From Thalia democratica (lineage: Eukaryota): a stretch of 64,000 bases of DNA. The notes beneath the pieces were generated by a model that was not told the DNA's origin, made no database searches, and was given only the letters and a program-made list of their open reading frames with translations. The stretch covers positions 29,326,001 through 29,390,000 of the forward strand of contig OZ241826.1 of the NCBI GenBank assembly GCA_965202585.1, read 5' to 3'. Shown here one piece after another: positions 26,096 through 40,353 of the stretch. Position 1 is the stretch's first letter, and every line of letters begins with the position of its first letter. Made by a program: the position numbers and the translations under genes.

Positions 26096-28039
26096 AAACT
26101 GGTTAGCTATATTAAGCTGATAGATTACCACTTATTACGTGTAGCCTAGTGTTAACATTCTAGAATTTACAAAATTATCCGGATCTACTTAGGTTTTAAG
26201 AAAATTGTTTTTTACAAACAGCTTCTTTCAGCTTTATACAATTACATTGTTGTGTTTATAATATTTTATATGCATAAAATTAGTCAAGCAAAACAGACTT
26301 AAAAAAATTAGTTAGTTCGATCATTTGGTATAAACATATAGGTACATTTATTAATTAAAGTAAAAATAGCGGATTGTTAGTTTCAAGTTTCTTGCAGATT
26401 ACAATTTGCTACTGACTTTATAATTTATCTTTTATATATTTACTTAAAATATTTTCTTATTTTATTATCAAACATGTGTTTAAATTTCAATTTATTTCAA
26501 TTTTCTTAAAATTCTTTACAGTTTTAATTTAACTATTTTGTTCTCATTCAGATATATTAAATAATTTAAAAACTCTACAAGTACAGCTCATTAAATATAT
26601 GGTTAGTATTACATTAAGAGGCAGCGATTGTTCTACAAACTTTTTTATTATTTTGTTTGTCATCTTAGAAAATGTTTCACTTTTTACAATTTCTGATTTA
26701 GATGAAAAATAGTATACTGTAGTATAAAATATTTCTGTGAAAAGTTTAAATGTTGTTAAACTTATGCTGCCTTTTAAACTTATGGTAACCTAATATTTTA
26801 AATACTATATTTAATATATATACTTATAAATAAAGTGTTTTCGCAACGATAGTTTTTGTATTAAACAAGAATGGCAGCCACAAACTCAATACATTAGAGG
26901 GGGTCATTGCTTTTTGAATTTTTTAAAAGCAGTGCTTATAAAAAAGTTTAGAAACCTTTGCTAAATTCTTTGTTATTTATTTCTATATTAAGTTGTGTTA
27001 TTAACGTCTATTATTTTTATTGTTGTTCTCTTTAACTTTTCTTAGCAGCTTTTGTTTATCTTGTTGATCTAAAAGTAACTTAAATCAAATAACTTAAAAT
27101 TACTTTTTTATTTTACAGATTAAACATATATTTAATAAATAATAATCAATCTATCAATCACTTTTAAGCCGTTCGGACACATAAAAAACCTTTTTTTATA
27201 TTACAAAACGTAGTCACTAAAGCAAACTTAAAATAAAAGCAAATTAAAACGATTAAGAAAATAGCTTAACAGTTTTATTAAACATCCTTTGTTTCTGAAA
27301 AATTTCTTTTTAATCAAAACAATTGATTTTGTACACCGAAATGACAAAACTATTAATATTTTATTAGTTTTAAGCTTAAAACACATTTAAACAAACAAAT
27401 AAAGTTTAAATTGGTTGTGACTTAACTTTTAAATCGATGATGTTTAGGTAAATAGTGATTTATTAAGTTACGAAATCATATATACTTGAGCGAGTTTTAA
27501 ATTTTATTTAAGTTATTTGAAGCATTTTATTTAAAAGTTTTTTCATTTAAAATTGCAAAACATTTTTATGAATATGATAATTTTAAGGCGAAGTTTAAAC
27601 AAATTAAACTTAGTTCTTGTCTTTGCAGTCGTAGAATCAATATTGTAAAAAAAACAAACATTATTCATTGCTTTGTTTATATATAGTACTTAACAACTTA
27701 TTAGTGTAAATGACAATGATACATCAACTGTTTTCTATTAGCTAATGAATTACGCTTGTTTTTAATAGTTTTTTTTTTCTTCGACATCATGACCTACTAA
27801 CAAAGTTGTACAAAACATTACTGTTTAGTAACTTATTTGATCATGACTTTTAAGATCAGTTTGTTACCATTCTTAGATTGTAGTTACGTTTCGTTTCTGT
27901 TTTCATATAATTAAATGACTCTAAATACTTGACAACTGTTAAATCTGCACTAATTTTGAAAACTTTGAAAACTTTGTAAAAAAACACAATCTTCCAATTG
28001 AGCTGGTTTATTACTATACAAAATCAGAAAACGACCCTT

Positions 28040-30842
28040 TTACTCGCAAACAAACACATGCCTACAGTTGGGGCACGTGTTGTGTTTTTCGAACCACTTG
28101 GTGGCGCATTTGGTGCAGAAAACGTGTTTCCCGCCACAATCGAGCTCGATCAGCTGCTTACCGGGTTCAAAATCACTCATGCATATCGTGCACGCATCGT
28201 TTACATTGGACTGGCTGGCCGTGAATTTCCTGAACTTTTCCATTCTCGACTTTGTCAGACCTGTACAGATTATTTAATTTTAGAATTTTTTATATTCGTT
28301 TAAATTACTTTGTTAAGGGTTGGTAGTTTGCGACTTTCCGGTGTAAAGAAAGAGTTCTTAAAATAAAATATAGATATCACCATAAATTAAGTCTAGGTTA
28401 ATATTTAAAAGGAAAATTCATATATTAAATGAGTTAGAAGTCTTTTTGGTTTTAAATAAACAATACAAAAATAATGAAAAATTACTTTAATGATTTTTAC
28501 ATTAACTAAAAAAAGTTTCTTTCTAACAAAACCTTGAGATGGCAGTTCCCAGACGTCATCGTTGACATCAAACATCAACTCTTCATCACCGACGTTATTA
28601 AACAAGTAATCACCAAAGTCATCACCGACGTCATTAAAGAAGTCATCACTGACGTCATCACCGACGTCTTCAAAGAAGTCGTCACCGACGTCTTCACCGA
28701 CGTCTTCAAAGAAGTGATTACCGAAGTCAACACCGAAGTCATAAAAGAAGTTATTACCAACGTCATCAAAGAAGTCATCAGCGACGTCATCACTGACATC
28801 ATTACCGACGTCATTACTAGCACCATTATGATAATGGTTAATGTTAACAGTATGTTGTAAGTTAGAGACTTGGCTACTACCGACTTCATCGTAAATGTTG
28901 ATATTCACATCAAGTTGTGCATCCGGGCTACTTTGATAAACCACTTGGCTTTGAACGTAACCGGTATTCATTTGAGTTTGAAGTGGTGATGCCTGTGTGA
29001 AATTGTTTAAAAAACAAAGAAAAAAATACTTAAATTATCGTTATATGATGTATATAAAAAAAATTGTAACCTTTTACTTAATACATTTCTTAAATTAAAA
29101 GTATAATATTTGAAGCGTGTAGTCCATTGTAGTTTGCAAATGATGTTTGTAAACCCAACTGTAAAAAAAATGAAAATGCATGGTAACATTTATACTTGTA
29201 TTAAAAATAAAAACTAAAGGTTTGTTTAATGTTAATGGACTACACGACATTTTACATAATCAAGTTTTTAAAATTTTGATAATGAATAATGAAAACAAAT
29301 AACAAAATTAATTGGCATTATAATTATTTTCCTATGTAAATTACAGCTTATATTCTATGTTAAACATTTTTTTTACTAAAATCACAGTTAACTTGTTAAA
29401 TAAGTTCTTTACTAGTTCTGAAACGCTGGACTTTGCTAGGTTTTGTCTTAGCTTGCCAAAGGTCTAATTGTATCTAAACTTGAAATTTTGACTTCAATCA
29501 GGCTCAGATTATACTGATTTAAAAAATTGGTAATAGCCAATTCTGGTTTATTTTAAATTTTTAATAGAAATTTGAATCGAACCAATCATACCTATAAACT
29601 ATCCTAACCGTTAACTTGTTTTAGGTCCAACTAGAACGAGCTACGACCATTTTTCAACAAAAAAATCAAATCCTGACCTGAACCAATTTTTCAAATAATA
29701 TCTAGTTGGATCTTGTTTTTTGCAAGGGTCAGATCTTGTGTTAGAACATTAATTAAAACTATTTTAGTTTGGTAAACTTGCTAAATTAAATGTAACTAGT
29801 TAAAATATTAAAAAATGTAGAAGTTATGCCTTTATTATAAACATTTTAAAGTGTTTTATGGAATTCTAAAATTTTTAGTAGAAGCTATGGATATTTAATG
29901 GTAACAAAATAATAGTATATCTTTAATTTTAGTCAGTTTTTTACTTTCAACGTTTGGATTAAACTCTTAAGTTCTTAAAGTTTAAATAAACTTTCATAAT
30001 AATTAGTGAGGTTTTTAGAAATTTAGGTAAAATAAGTCTTCTTTAAAATTTAATAAACTGCATTTCATATTAAGAGGTTTAAGAACTGTTTTTAAAACAA
30101 CTTGTAAACAGGGTTGCCAAATGTTTTCGGTAAATTTTTTCCAGGTTTTCAAAGTTTCTTCAAGGTTAAAAGTACACATTTTTAAATATATTAAAGTCTA
30201 TATTTATGTATTAGGTAAAAAACTGTGATGAACAGTATATAAACATTAAAACAAGATACTCTAAAGCTACTTTAAATGTGTTTTTTAATTAAAACATTTT
30301 GATAATGACACATTTATTTGTCTTCTTGATAGATTTTTTGAGTCAAATCAGAGTTTTTATACTAAACATGTTTAAATTATTAAAAATTCAAAAATTTTCG
30401 AGTCGTTTTTAGTTATTTTTTGTTTAGAATTCTAGGTTTTTCAGTTTTTTTTTTCAATTTTTTTAAACTCTAGGCTTTTCCAGGTTTTTTAGCCTAAATT
30501 TTCAAATTTTAGACTTTTCTAGGTGCTTCCAAGTTTCAAGGTTTGTTAGCAAGCTGGTAAAAGATTTAAAGTCTTTATCTGAAATTACAAAAATATAAGA
30601 TTTAATTTCAGCAAATTTGTAAAACTTTAAGAAAATTTACTAAAAAAATTGTGGGTTATACAAAAGTTTTTACAAACTTAGTCTTTGTCAGAAATAATAC
30701 ATTTATATAAACTAGTGTTGAAATTTGCACGAATTAGAAAAAAAAACAACAAAATGTTATAGAAATATACGAAAGAAAAGAAGCTGAACGTTACCTGAAC
30801 ATTACTAGACAGAGAAAAATTATCAGAATTTATTTCATCCAT
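28040..30842 (-). CDS. Class I acidic-repeat RING putative E3 ubiquitin ligase, copy B, intact, 242 aa
   Basis: Exons 30842-30795 (MDEINSDNFSLSSNVQ), 28992-28533 (ASPLQTQMNTGY..DDFFEDV repeats..DDVWELPSQ) and 28260-28040 (GLTKSRMEKFRKF..CTICMSDFEPGKQLIELDCGGKHVFCTKCATKWFEKHNTCPNCR). 48+460+221=729 nt, open. Confidence 0.88.
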
Positions 30843-33800
30843 TTTATCTAATAAATCTGTAAAATAACTTAACAAATTATTTCTCAAGCTACATAATAAT
30901 TGTAAACTATTAAACTTTTAAAATTGTAGTAAAAGAAATATCTACTTAAAATTGCAAAGATTATTTGTGTTTTTTTTTTTTGAATGTTTAGCAGGGATGA
31001 ATGTAAGCTTTTTTGGGAGGACTAGCACAGAATTTACTTGAATTGTTAAACTACATTTGGTACAGTTTAAAAAACATGTTATAAAACTAAATTAGTACAT
31101 GCTAAACTAAATAATTTTTTGCTGTCTTTATTTATAGTAATATAAATGTGACTCACTATTGAAAAAAGTATATATTCTCACAAACTAGCATAATATTAAG
31201 TAAACCTCTTTGAAATACCATATTTTTGAGTAACTTTTGTTCAGTTCACATATAATTAATCACATAGTTATATTTATAATATTTTATATACATTTCTGAA
31301 CTATTATTCGATAAAAATTGTGTTTGTTTTAGAATTGTTCAGTTAATAAATAAATCTGAGCTTAAAGTTTTAACTTTAGCTAAGCAAATATAATTCTATG
31401 TAGGAAAAATGTGATGGTTTTATCCCTGATAATTCTAAAGTATCTTTCAAAAACTATGCATCATTAGATAGCATTCAATTATAGCAGGGACGTAGCTAGC
31501 TCAATAAAGTTACGAATCTCCAAAAATTGAAACATCTGAAATAACTCGTGATATAGTCCTAGCGGGAACACAGTAATTTAAACTATCTCTAATATTATTG
31601 AATTTTATCTAAAAAAATGTAGTTATGTTAATACATCAAAAATGGAATGTTGAGGTACGAGTGATAACTGTATACAAGGCAATTTAATTTGCTCCACAGC
31701 CCCTTTGACTCTTTATGTCTTGCCACTTGTGTAAACCAAAAAACATTTATTAATTGGTAGGAATTTTAATAGGTAGTTTTAAATATTGGGTATTTTCAAT
31801 TGCAGCAAATTTGCGAAAAAAAAGTACCAAATATTTTGATGACTTCATTAACTTTACTTTGGGTAGTTTTGAAGCTTAGACGTGTAAAAAAAAACAAAGT
31901 TGCTGTCCAAGCCTATGACAAATTCACCTTTTTTAATTTTCTAAAATATGAAAATAATCATATCTGAAATAAAACAATAGAATAATACTAAACATTTCCC
32001 TATATTAACAAAATTATAGAAATATTTTTTATTAACATAAAGTTACAATCTTAAATTCAAACATAAATTAAAAAAAAAAACATTTTTTAAAATTTTTCTT
32101 TTATAGTTTATTGATGAATTTAAATTCATAAAAAATTTTGAACTAATTATACATGAGTAATGTACTTCAATAAAAGCTACCTTTTTATAGTTTAAAATAA
32201 AGTTAACAGGGTGGCCATCAAACCTAAATGCTTATGGGAATCTTGGAATGTTGTATAAAATCTTAGAATCACTTGAAATTCTGATCACTTATTTTGTCTA
32301 GAAAAGTAAATAAGACTTAAATTTAAAAAAATTTATTAAATTTTGAAAAATTGAAAGAAGTTTTAAAAAAACTTCAGGGGCCACCTTGGGTACAGGGAGA
32401 GTGTAGATCACTTTTATTACAAATTGATGTCACTTCATAAAATTTAATCTAAACTACAAGTATCTTTATACAGATTTTTATACCAAAACAAATTTTTGAT
32501 ATAAAACATTAAAATAGGAGAGTACAGTAGGTTTTAATTGTCATCTTTTGCTATTTTTTAAACATTGAAAGGAATACTTCCTTAAAATTTGAGCAGGGTT
32601 GCCAAAACACCTGGAATCCAGGAACTTGACAGTTTAAACACAAACTGGAAAAACCTTGAACTTTGGAAATTAAAAAATTTGAATATATATAGTGTTTAAT
32701 AAAAAAAATCATCAAAAAATCTGTAATTTTTAAACTACTTCTACATGTAAAATAATGAGTTTTTTATAAAGTATGATAACTTAAAGTCATTAAAATCTAT
32801 AAAAGAAAAATTTTCAAAGTCAATAGCTTAATTTGTGGTTGAATTAATTTAAAATTGTAACTCACACATAAAATATCAAGGTTGAAAATTATATTTCCTT
32901 AATTTTGTTAACATAGTGAAATGTTTAGTATTGTTTTATTTCAGATATAATTATTTTTATATTTAGAAAAATAAACAAAGTGAATTTATCATAGTCCTAG
33001 ACAGCAAATTTATTTTTTTTACAAAGTTTAACCTTAATAACTGTAATAACTACCCAAAGTAAAGTTAATGACATCATCAAAATATTAGGTTTTTTTTTTG
33101 CAAAATTGAGGCAATTAAAAGTACCCAATAATTAAAACTACCCATAAAAAGTTGAAAAGTCCTACTCTTCATTAGAAATAAGTATAAAAAATCAGCATTT
33201 AACTCAAAAACACTTATACTGTTTTCAAAATCAAACATTTAGCGTAGTCAATAGTAACAAAAAAATATGCAAATTTTTGTAACATAAAATTGTATGATTT
33301 TGATTTTTGAAGCTACAGCTTCCTTTAGAATCAATTTTGTATTCCATTTTTTGACAAAATAAAGCTTCAACGCCCTAAATGTTACAATCTGGATGTATTT
33401 AATTAATTCAATTTTTTTACGACACTAAAAATGCTAAAGAGTACATATATGACAAAATTATCTCTCAGGAGTGCAAAATTAAGCATAAATGAATACTAAA
33501 AGCTTAGACAGCAGAGTCTTTTCAAGCTGTAATAAAAGCAAGTTTTTTCGCCCATAAGTATACGTTTCTGTAGATTTGCAGCACCTACCAAGATACGTCC
33601 ATGAATTAAAGTAAAAAGCTAAAATTAAAATAAATGTTAAGTTGTTCCTATTAAAAACAGTCACATTTAAATAGTTTAATAACCATGATTAGCTACTAGT
33701 TGGATTTCCTATTTTAAGCAACATTTTTTCAAAACCAATTTATCTTTAGTCAACAACACAAAAATCTATATATTTAGTGATCTACTGTATCCGGATAAGA

Positions 33801-36800
33801 ATAATTTTTTAAATTTAAGATCCGGCCGAATCCGTATCCTAAATTTTCTATCTTGAATGTTATATATTATGAAACTTAATTACTATTATACCATTAATAA
33901 ATAAAAACTTTTTAATACAAACATTTGTTAAATAGACACAATGTTTTGTCTAAATATTATATTTGAACACTAGAAAATAAAAAGAAAGTATTCAAAAACC
34001 TACCCATACAAAATCTCAGACTTATTTCTAGGTCTTTTTATTTAATATAAAATACCTAAAATGACAGGTTTTAAATTTAATTTTTTTGAATTCCAGGTTT
34101 CCAGGTTATTTGACTCCTGTATAAATAGAATAATATGTGTAGCATACACTTCAAGTATGGTTACCTCTTTAAGTTTCTAAGCTGTCTTAAAAGATTGAAA
34201 ACAATACTTTGTAACCTAAACTAGCCTAAGTTATCCTGATGTGTTAATACCCTGAGAAATATTCCTCTTTCTACTTACTTATAACCTTTTTTCTTTCGAA
34301 AAATTGTGTTAAATTTGATGTTTATTAAACATATGTTAAGATAAATTGTTAAAGTCTAAGAAAGATAGCTATAACGATAATAAAAAAATAAATTAACTTT
34401 AATAAACAATTATTTTAATAACGTTAGTTAGATAAAACCAAATAAAAAAAATAACAAAGTATTAGTTTTAGTTAGTTTTATTCTCATTTAATATCTAAAA
34501 AGCAGTTGAAAAAATTAAAAAAAAATAAAACTAACTTGAGTTTTTCACAAAAAACTTAGTTAGCATTAGTTTTTAGAAAATGTTTAGCTAGGCATTAGTT
34601 TCTTGAGCTGTCTAAAATATTTAACAAGCTAAAAAACACAAAGAGTTATCTTGAGTGTTCTTATCATACTGAGTTTGTGGCTGCTACCTTGTTTAATATA
34701 AACGTTATCCTCAAGAAAACACACAGCATGTATGTATATAAAACAAAGTGTTAAAAATATTAGGCTACTGTAACTTTAAAGAGGTATCAGTTGTTCAATA
34801 TAGTTTGAAACATTTTACAGAAAAATTCTATACCACTATATACTATTTTTCATCCAAACGAGGGCTAAAAAAAACTTACTTTGTAAAGTTAAAAGTTTTT
34901 AAATAGAATATTGTCGAGTAATTGTCGCCTCTTTAAAGTTGTAGTAATCAAATATTAAATGAGATGAATTTGCAAAGTTTTTAGAGCATTAAATATTTAT
35001 AAATAAGAATAAAATTTGTAAAACAAAACTATGAAGAATTTTAACAAGCTGAAATACATTGAGTTTTAGTACTTTTCTTATATTAAAAAATAAAATATTT
35101 TTTAATTTAAAAATAGAACTAAACTATAAAAGCAGTAGAAGAATCTAATCTGCAAGAAAACTTAATTTAACAATTCACTATTTTTACTCTTAAGGATATA
35201 TGTACCTGTATATTAACAATAAGTAATTTAACTAACTAATTTTTAACTAGTCTTTTCGCTTGACTAATTTTAAAAGTATATTATTATTAATTATTAAGTA
35301 TTCAAAAAATATAAAACTTATAATATATAACTAAAAGAAGCTATTTGCGGAAAACAATTTTTTGTAAACTTACTGGATCCGGAGCCAGCTAAGTCTCAGC
35401 TAGGATCCGGATCTTTTTATTCGAAATTAAGTTCTTTTAGATCATTAAATTTAAGATACATTGCTCCCTATATGAAAACCACTTATCTTAGTGAAAAATA
35501 AGAATCAAATTTATTAGTAAATTTCTGTGCTAAATAGCATGCAGGAATCTACATCAATACAACATGATTTTAAAATGCTACGATAAAATATTTATATAAA
35601 AGATTACTGCACATAGAACTTATTTAGATCACATTTTCTGCAGAATTATAAGTTTAGTTAATAATAGTAGTCAAGAACTTAATATTTTTTTACATAAAAT
35701 ATAACTTTTATTTAAATTATTGCAGCATTTTAATTCAGTTAGTTATACTCAAAGTTTAATTGAAAAACTGAAGCAGGGTTTCTTTTCAAAGTTGAGTCTT
35801 GGTATAAAAAAATGTTTTGGAAACAAAACTGAATTTTAAAGCTGGTTACAGTTTTTTTTTCAGTTTTATAATTTTTTTTTGTTTTTTGTATGTTAATATT
35901 CTAGGAATCAGTTGGTAAATTCAACATTCGAAATTATAAAAATATATGAAAATAAGTATAGTTTTTTATTCAATATCTTTTTCAGTAAAATAATCTAAAC
36001 TTGCTTTCTCTCTAAATGTAGCACATGCCCAGGAAATAAGCCAATAGCTGCGTACAACTACATATTATACATTATAGTATATATTTAGATTGTTCTAGGT
36101 TAAAAAAAAATTCTTAAACTTCTTCAGTAATAAGAAATAACTGAATCAAATACTATATTAGATTTAGCTGCATTTATTTGTAGTAATATAAACATGACTA
36201 ACTAAAAATAATAATAGTTATAGTCAAAAAGTTTAATTGTTTTAAGTACACCTTTTTAATAATAACAGTAATAAAAGTTTTGATAACAGAGATTTTTTAA
36301 AGTTCAGTAATAATATATCATGTTGTAAAATAACTCTACTGAAATTTCACTTTTGAGTGTTTTTGTATTTAAACATCTTTTATTAAATATATTTTGGCTC
36401 TTTGTTTTCATTTTAGTTAAAAAACTTCAAATCTATCTATAACAAAACTTAATTATGTTATCCACGTAGCTTTTAAGTATCTTTCAATGTACTGCTTAAT
36501 TATTTTTAGTTATATTAGAAGTTGAAAGAAAATTTTTTAACTATTACTATATGTTAAATCTATGATATGTTAAAAATCATAACCGAAATAATTTTTTTGT
36601 GCACCAAGTCCTAGGACCAAATATTATGAGCGCTTACGTTTTTTCAATAAACAATATACTACACAGTCAAATACTTGTACTAAATTGAATTATTTTTTGT
36701 ATGGTTTAAAATTTAATAAACATTGCCGCCTTGTTTTTTAAGCCAACCTCCTTACAACCAATAATAATCTAATATATTAGTCAACTATCATGCTAAAAAG

Positions 36801-38582
36801 CATGCAAAAATCTACTTTAAACATAAAAATATTTTCAAAGGCTTTAAATATATAAATTATATAAATTGAATATACACAGAATTCTCTTTATTTTAAATGT
36901 TTAATTCATACTAAAAGCTTAGAATTGAAGGCTTTTTAAATAAAGTTGTCGCTTTTAGTTCAAAATTATGACATAAAACAATCCATTATAATATACCATA
37001 ATTTAATATTAAAAAATTAATTGAAGGCTTCTTCGGACAAACTTGGTCAAATTATTTTCACACTTACGTTACACATTAATTAGTTTACAATTTAAAGCTG
37101 TTTTATGCTGCTATTTTATCTAATGTTAATATTATAGAAATCAACTTATAAAATCAACATTTGACACTTTTAAAACTGTTTAAAAAGGTAAAAGTGTTTC
37201 TAATATAGACATAGTTTCTTATTCAACATCTTTTTCGTTGAATTAATCCTTTTTTTTACATGAGCTCCAGGAAACAAGTATAGATTTAAGTAGTTCAGAA
37301 TGAAATCCCCCACTGTAACTAGTAAATTAAAATTATAGTATCAGGGACAAAACTAGTTAAACTTTAATTGTTTAACTAATAAATCATAACTACACTACTA
37401 AGGACAAAAAATTCTATTATTATTTATTATAAAATATAATGACATTATTCCGCGAAACTAAATCTAAAAACCGCTCATCGACTAAAGGTAAAAATTAAGG
37501 GTTAACAGAAGTAAAAAAGTTAACAAATAAAGTAAGAAAAATTAAATTAGATAGGAATTAATCGCGTGTGGTGATATTTTTCGGGAACGAATTCTTACCC
37601 TCGGTTTATTTAATTCATTTATGTTAAACTCAAACTATGATATGAAAACTATTAAATAAATGCAGTGGAAGCTTTAATAATGTTTTAGATTAAATCTAAA
37701 TAATAACTAAGTAAAATTTAAATTCTAAACGTATTACCAGTTATTAAGGTTTAGTAAAAATTACTTTTGAGTTTGAAAGTAAAATTGCAATTGTCAAACT
37801 TGTTTTAAATCAACGATAATTGTTTAAAGCAAACTTTATAAATTTATTTTTTTAAGACTCTAATCTACAAGCTAAGTTTCGGTCAAAGACCTCGTCAAAG
37901 CTTAAGTAATAAATCTCAAAAGATATGTAACAGTCATGGAAAATAGCATTTAAACATTAAAATAAATGAAAAAGTTTCACTTAAAATAATTTCTGAATCA
38001 ATGATGTTTCGCTTAATAGTGATTTATTTAAGTTACGAAATCATACATACTTGAGCAAGTATTAAATTTAATTAAAGTTATTCTAAGCGTTTTATTTAAA
38101 AGTTGTTTTACAAAATATTATTCTGAATATGATATTTTTAAGGCAAAATATCAACAAATTAAACTTAGTTCTTGTCTTTGCAGTCATACAATCTATATTA
38201 TAAAAACAAACACTATTTATTATTTAATTTAGACATAATACTAAATTAAATTTCTAAATTAATATGATAAATGAGCTTTCTTTTGACAAATCAAAATGCA
38301 TATTTCTAACAGTTTTTTTTTTCGATATCATTGACCACTAACAAACATTGTGCAATACTATTACTGTTTAGTTACTTATTAGAATTAGATCAAGAATTCT
38401 AAACACAGTATGTAATCATTTTTAGATTTTTGTTACTTTTTTGTTCGGTGTAAGTAAAGGACTCTAAATACATGACAACTGTTTAATCTTGGCAACTTTT
38501 GCACATTAAAAATTTTCAAAAAAGATACACAGTATTTTTATTGCGCTGGTTTATTACTACACAAAACCAGAAAACGACCAAT

Positions 38583-40003
38583 TTAGTCGCTAACAAACAC
38601 GTGTTGGCAGTTGGGGCATGTGTTGTGTTCTTTGAATCATTTGGTGGCGCATTCGGTGCAGAAAACGTGTTTCCCGCCATAATCGAGCTCGATCAGGTTG
38701 TTGCCCGGTTCGAAATCACTCATACATATTGTGCACGTATCGCTTACGTTCGACTGGTCGGCAGTGAATTTCCTGAACTTTTCTACTCTCGACTTTGTCA
38801 GACCTGTACAGATTTTTTAGTTTAAAAATTTTTTGGGTACGTTAAAATTACTCTATTTAGGGTTGGTAGTTTACGATTTTTTGGTGTAAAGAAAAAGTTT
38901 TAATACAAAATCTAAATGTTTGGCACAAATTAAATCTACGTAAATACTTGAAAGAAAAACTCATGATTTTAACTAAGTTAGAAGTCTTTAGTCTTTTTAG
39001 TAAGCAATACGAAGATAACAAAAAATAATTTTTATGTTCTTTACATTTACAGAAAAAAATTACAAAAAAAAGAGAGTCCTTTGTAAAACAAAACCTTTAG
39101 ATGGCAGTTCCCATACGTCATCGTTGGGATCGAATAATAATTCATCATCACTATCGTCATCAAAGAAGTCATCAATGAAGTCATCACTGACGTATTCACC
39201 GACGTCATTACTAACGTTATCACCGACGACATCACCGACGTCATTACTAACGTCATTACTGACGTCATCACGAACGTCATTATGATAATGGTTAACGTTA
39301 ATAGTAAGTTGTATGTTAGGGACCTGACTATCACTGACGTTATCGTAAGTGTTAATATTGGCATCAAATTGCCCACCTTGGCTACTTTGACTAACCACTT
39401 GGCTTCGAACGTGACCGGCACTCACTGGAGTTTGATGTGGTGCTGCCTGTATTCAATTTTTTTGATGAGTTTAAAAAACTGTTAATTCACAACCAAATGA
39501 TTTAAAATGTGTTAGTCCTATTTTTAAACCTTACTGTGTTTTTTTATTTTTTAGCCACCCAATTCAACGTTTATCTTTATCTAAGCCCAAAAATTTCTCT
39601 AAAATAAAGTCAATACTATTTATATGCATCTATTGAGACTAAATAGCTGAAAAATTCGTGTAATTAAGTAAAAAAAGTTTATGTTACTGTAGTTTTAATC
39701 GTTATAAACTAAAAAAAACAGTTAAGATTAATATACAAAAACCGAAACACTTTTTTAGTTAAGTAAAGCTTCCTTAATTTTTTCAAAACTTCTTTATTTA
39801 TTGTTTAAATACTTCTATAAAAAAAATCGAAATAGCCTTTTATTGGAAACCACGCTGGAAGTTCCTTTTACTTAATATATTTTATAAATAAAAAGTACTT
39901 ACATGTATTTTACAATTACTAACAAGTACTTACACAATTTCAAACTTACATAATTTTGAGCTTGTTGTCCATTGTAGTTTGCAAATGGTGTTTGTAAACC
40001 CGG
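38583..40003 (-). pseudogene. Class I RING pseudogene, copy Z
   Basis: Exons 40003-39950 (PGLQTPFANYNGQQAQNY, phase 0/0), 39446-39095 (AAPHQTPVSAGHV..DDVWELPSK) and 38803-38583. The RING has Cys3->Tyr (TAT 38681-38679), Trp->TGA (38639-38637) and linchpin R->Q. No 16-codon first exon was found upstream. Confidence 0.88.
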
Positions 40004-40353
40004 CTGTAAAAAGTTAAAAATGCATGATGAATATTTTACTTCGATTATAAACAAAAACTATCTTAATGTCAAAACATAACTCAAGTTATTAAAAATATGA
40101 TGATAAATTAGGAAAACATTAAATAAAATTGCTTGGAACTTTATAAATTTCCACTTTTATATTACAGCATGTATTCAATGATAAACTTATATTTTACCAA
40201 AACTACGATTAGTTTATTAATCTGGTTTTTTACCAGATCCGATACTCTGACGGATCTGGCCTTGGCTTGACAAAGATGCAATTGTATTTAAACTTGAAAA
40301 ACTGATTTAAACCCAGTTCCGACTATAATGATCAAAAAAAAACTGGTACTAGC

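Larger units (their letters stand above)
25309..36615 (+). repeat. Segmental duplication block X, copy 2
   Basis: Collinear, high-identity copy of 1-11762. Confidence 0.95.
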
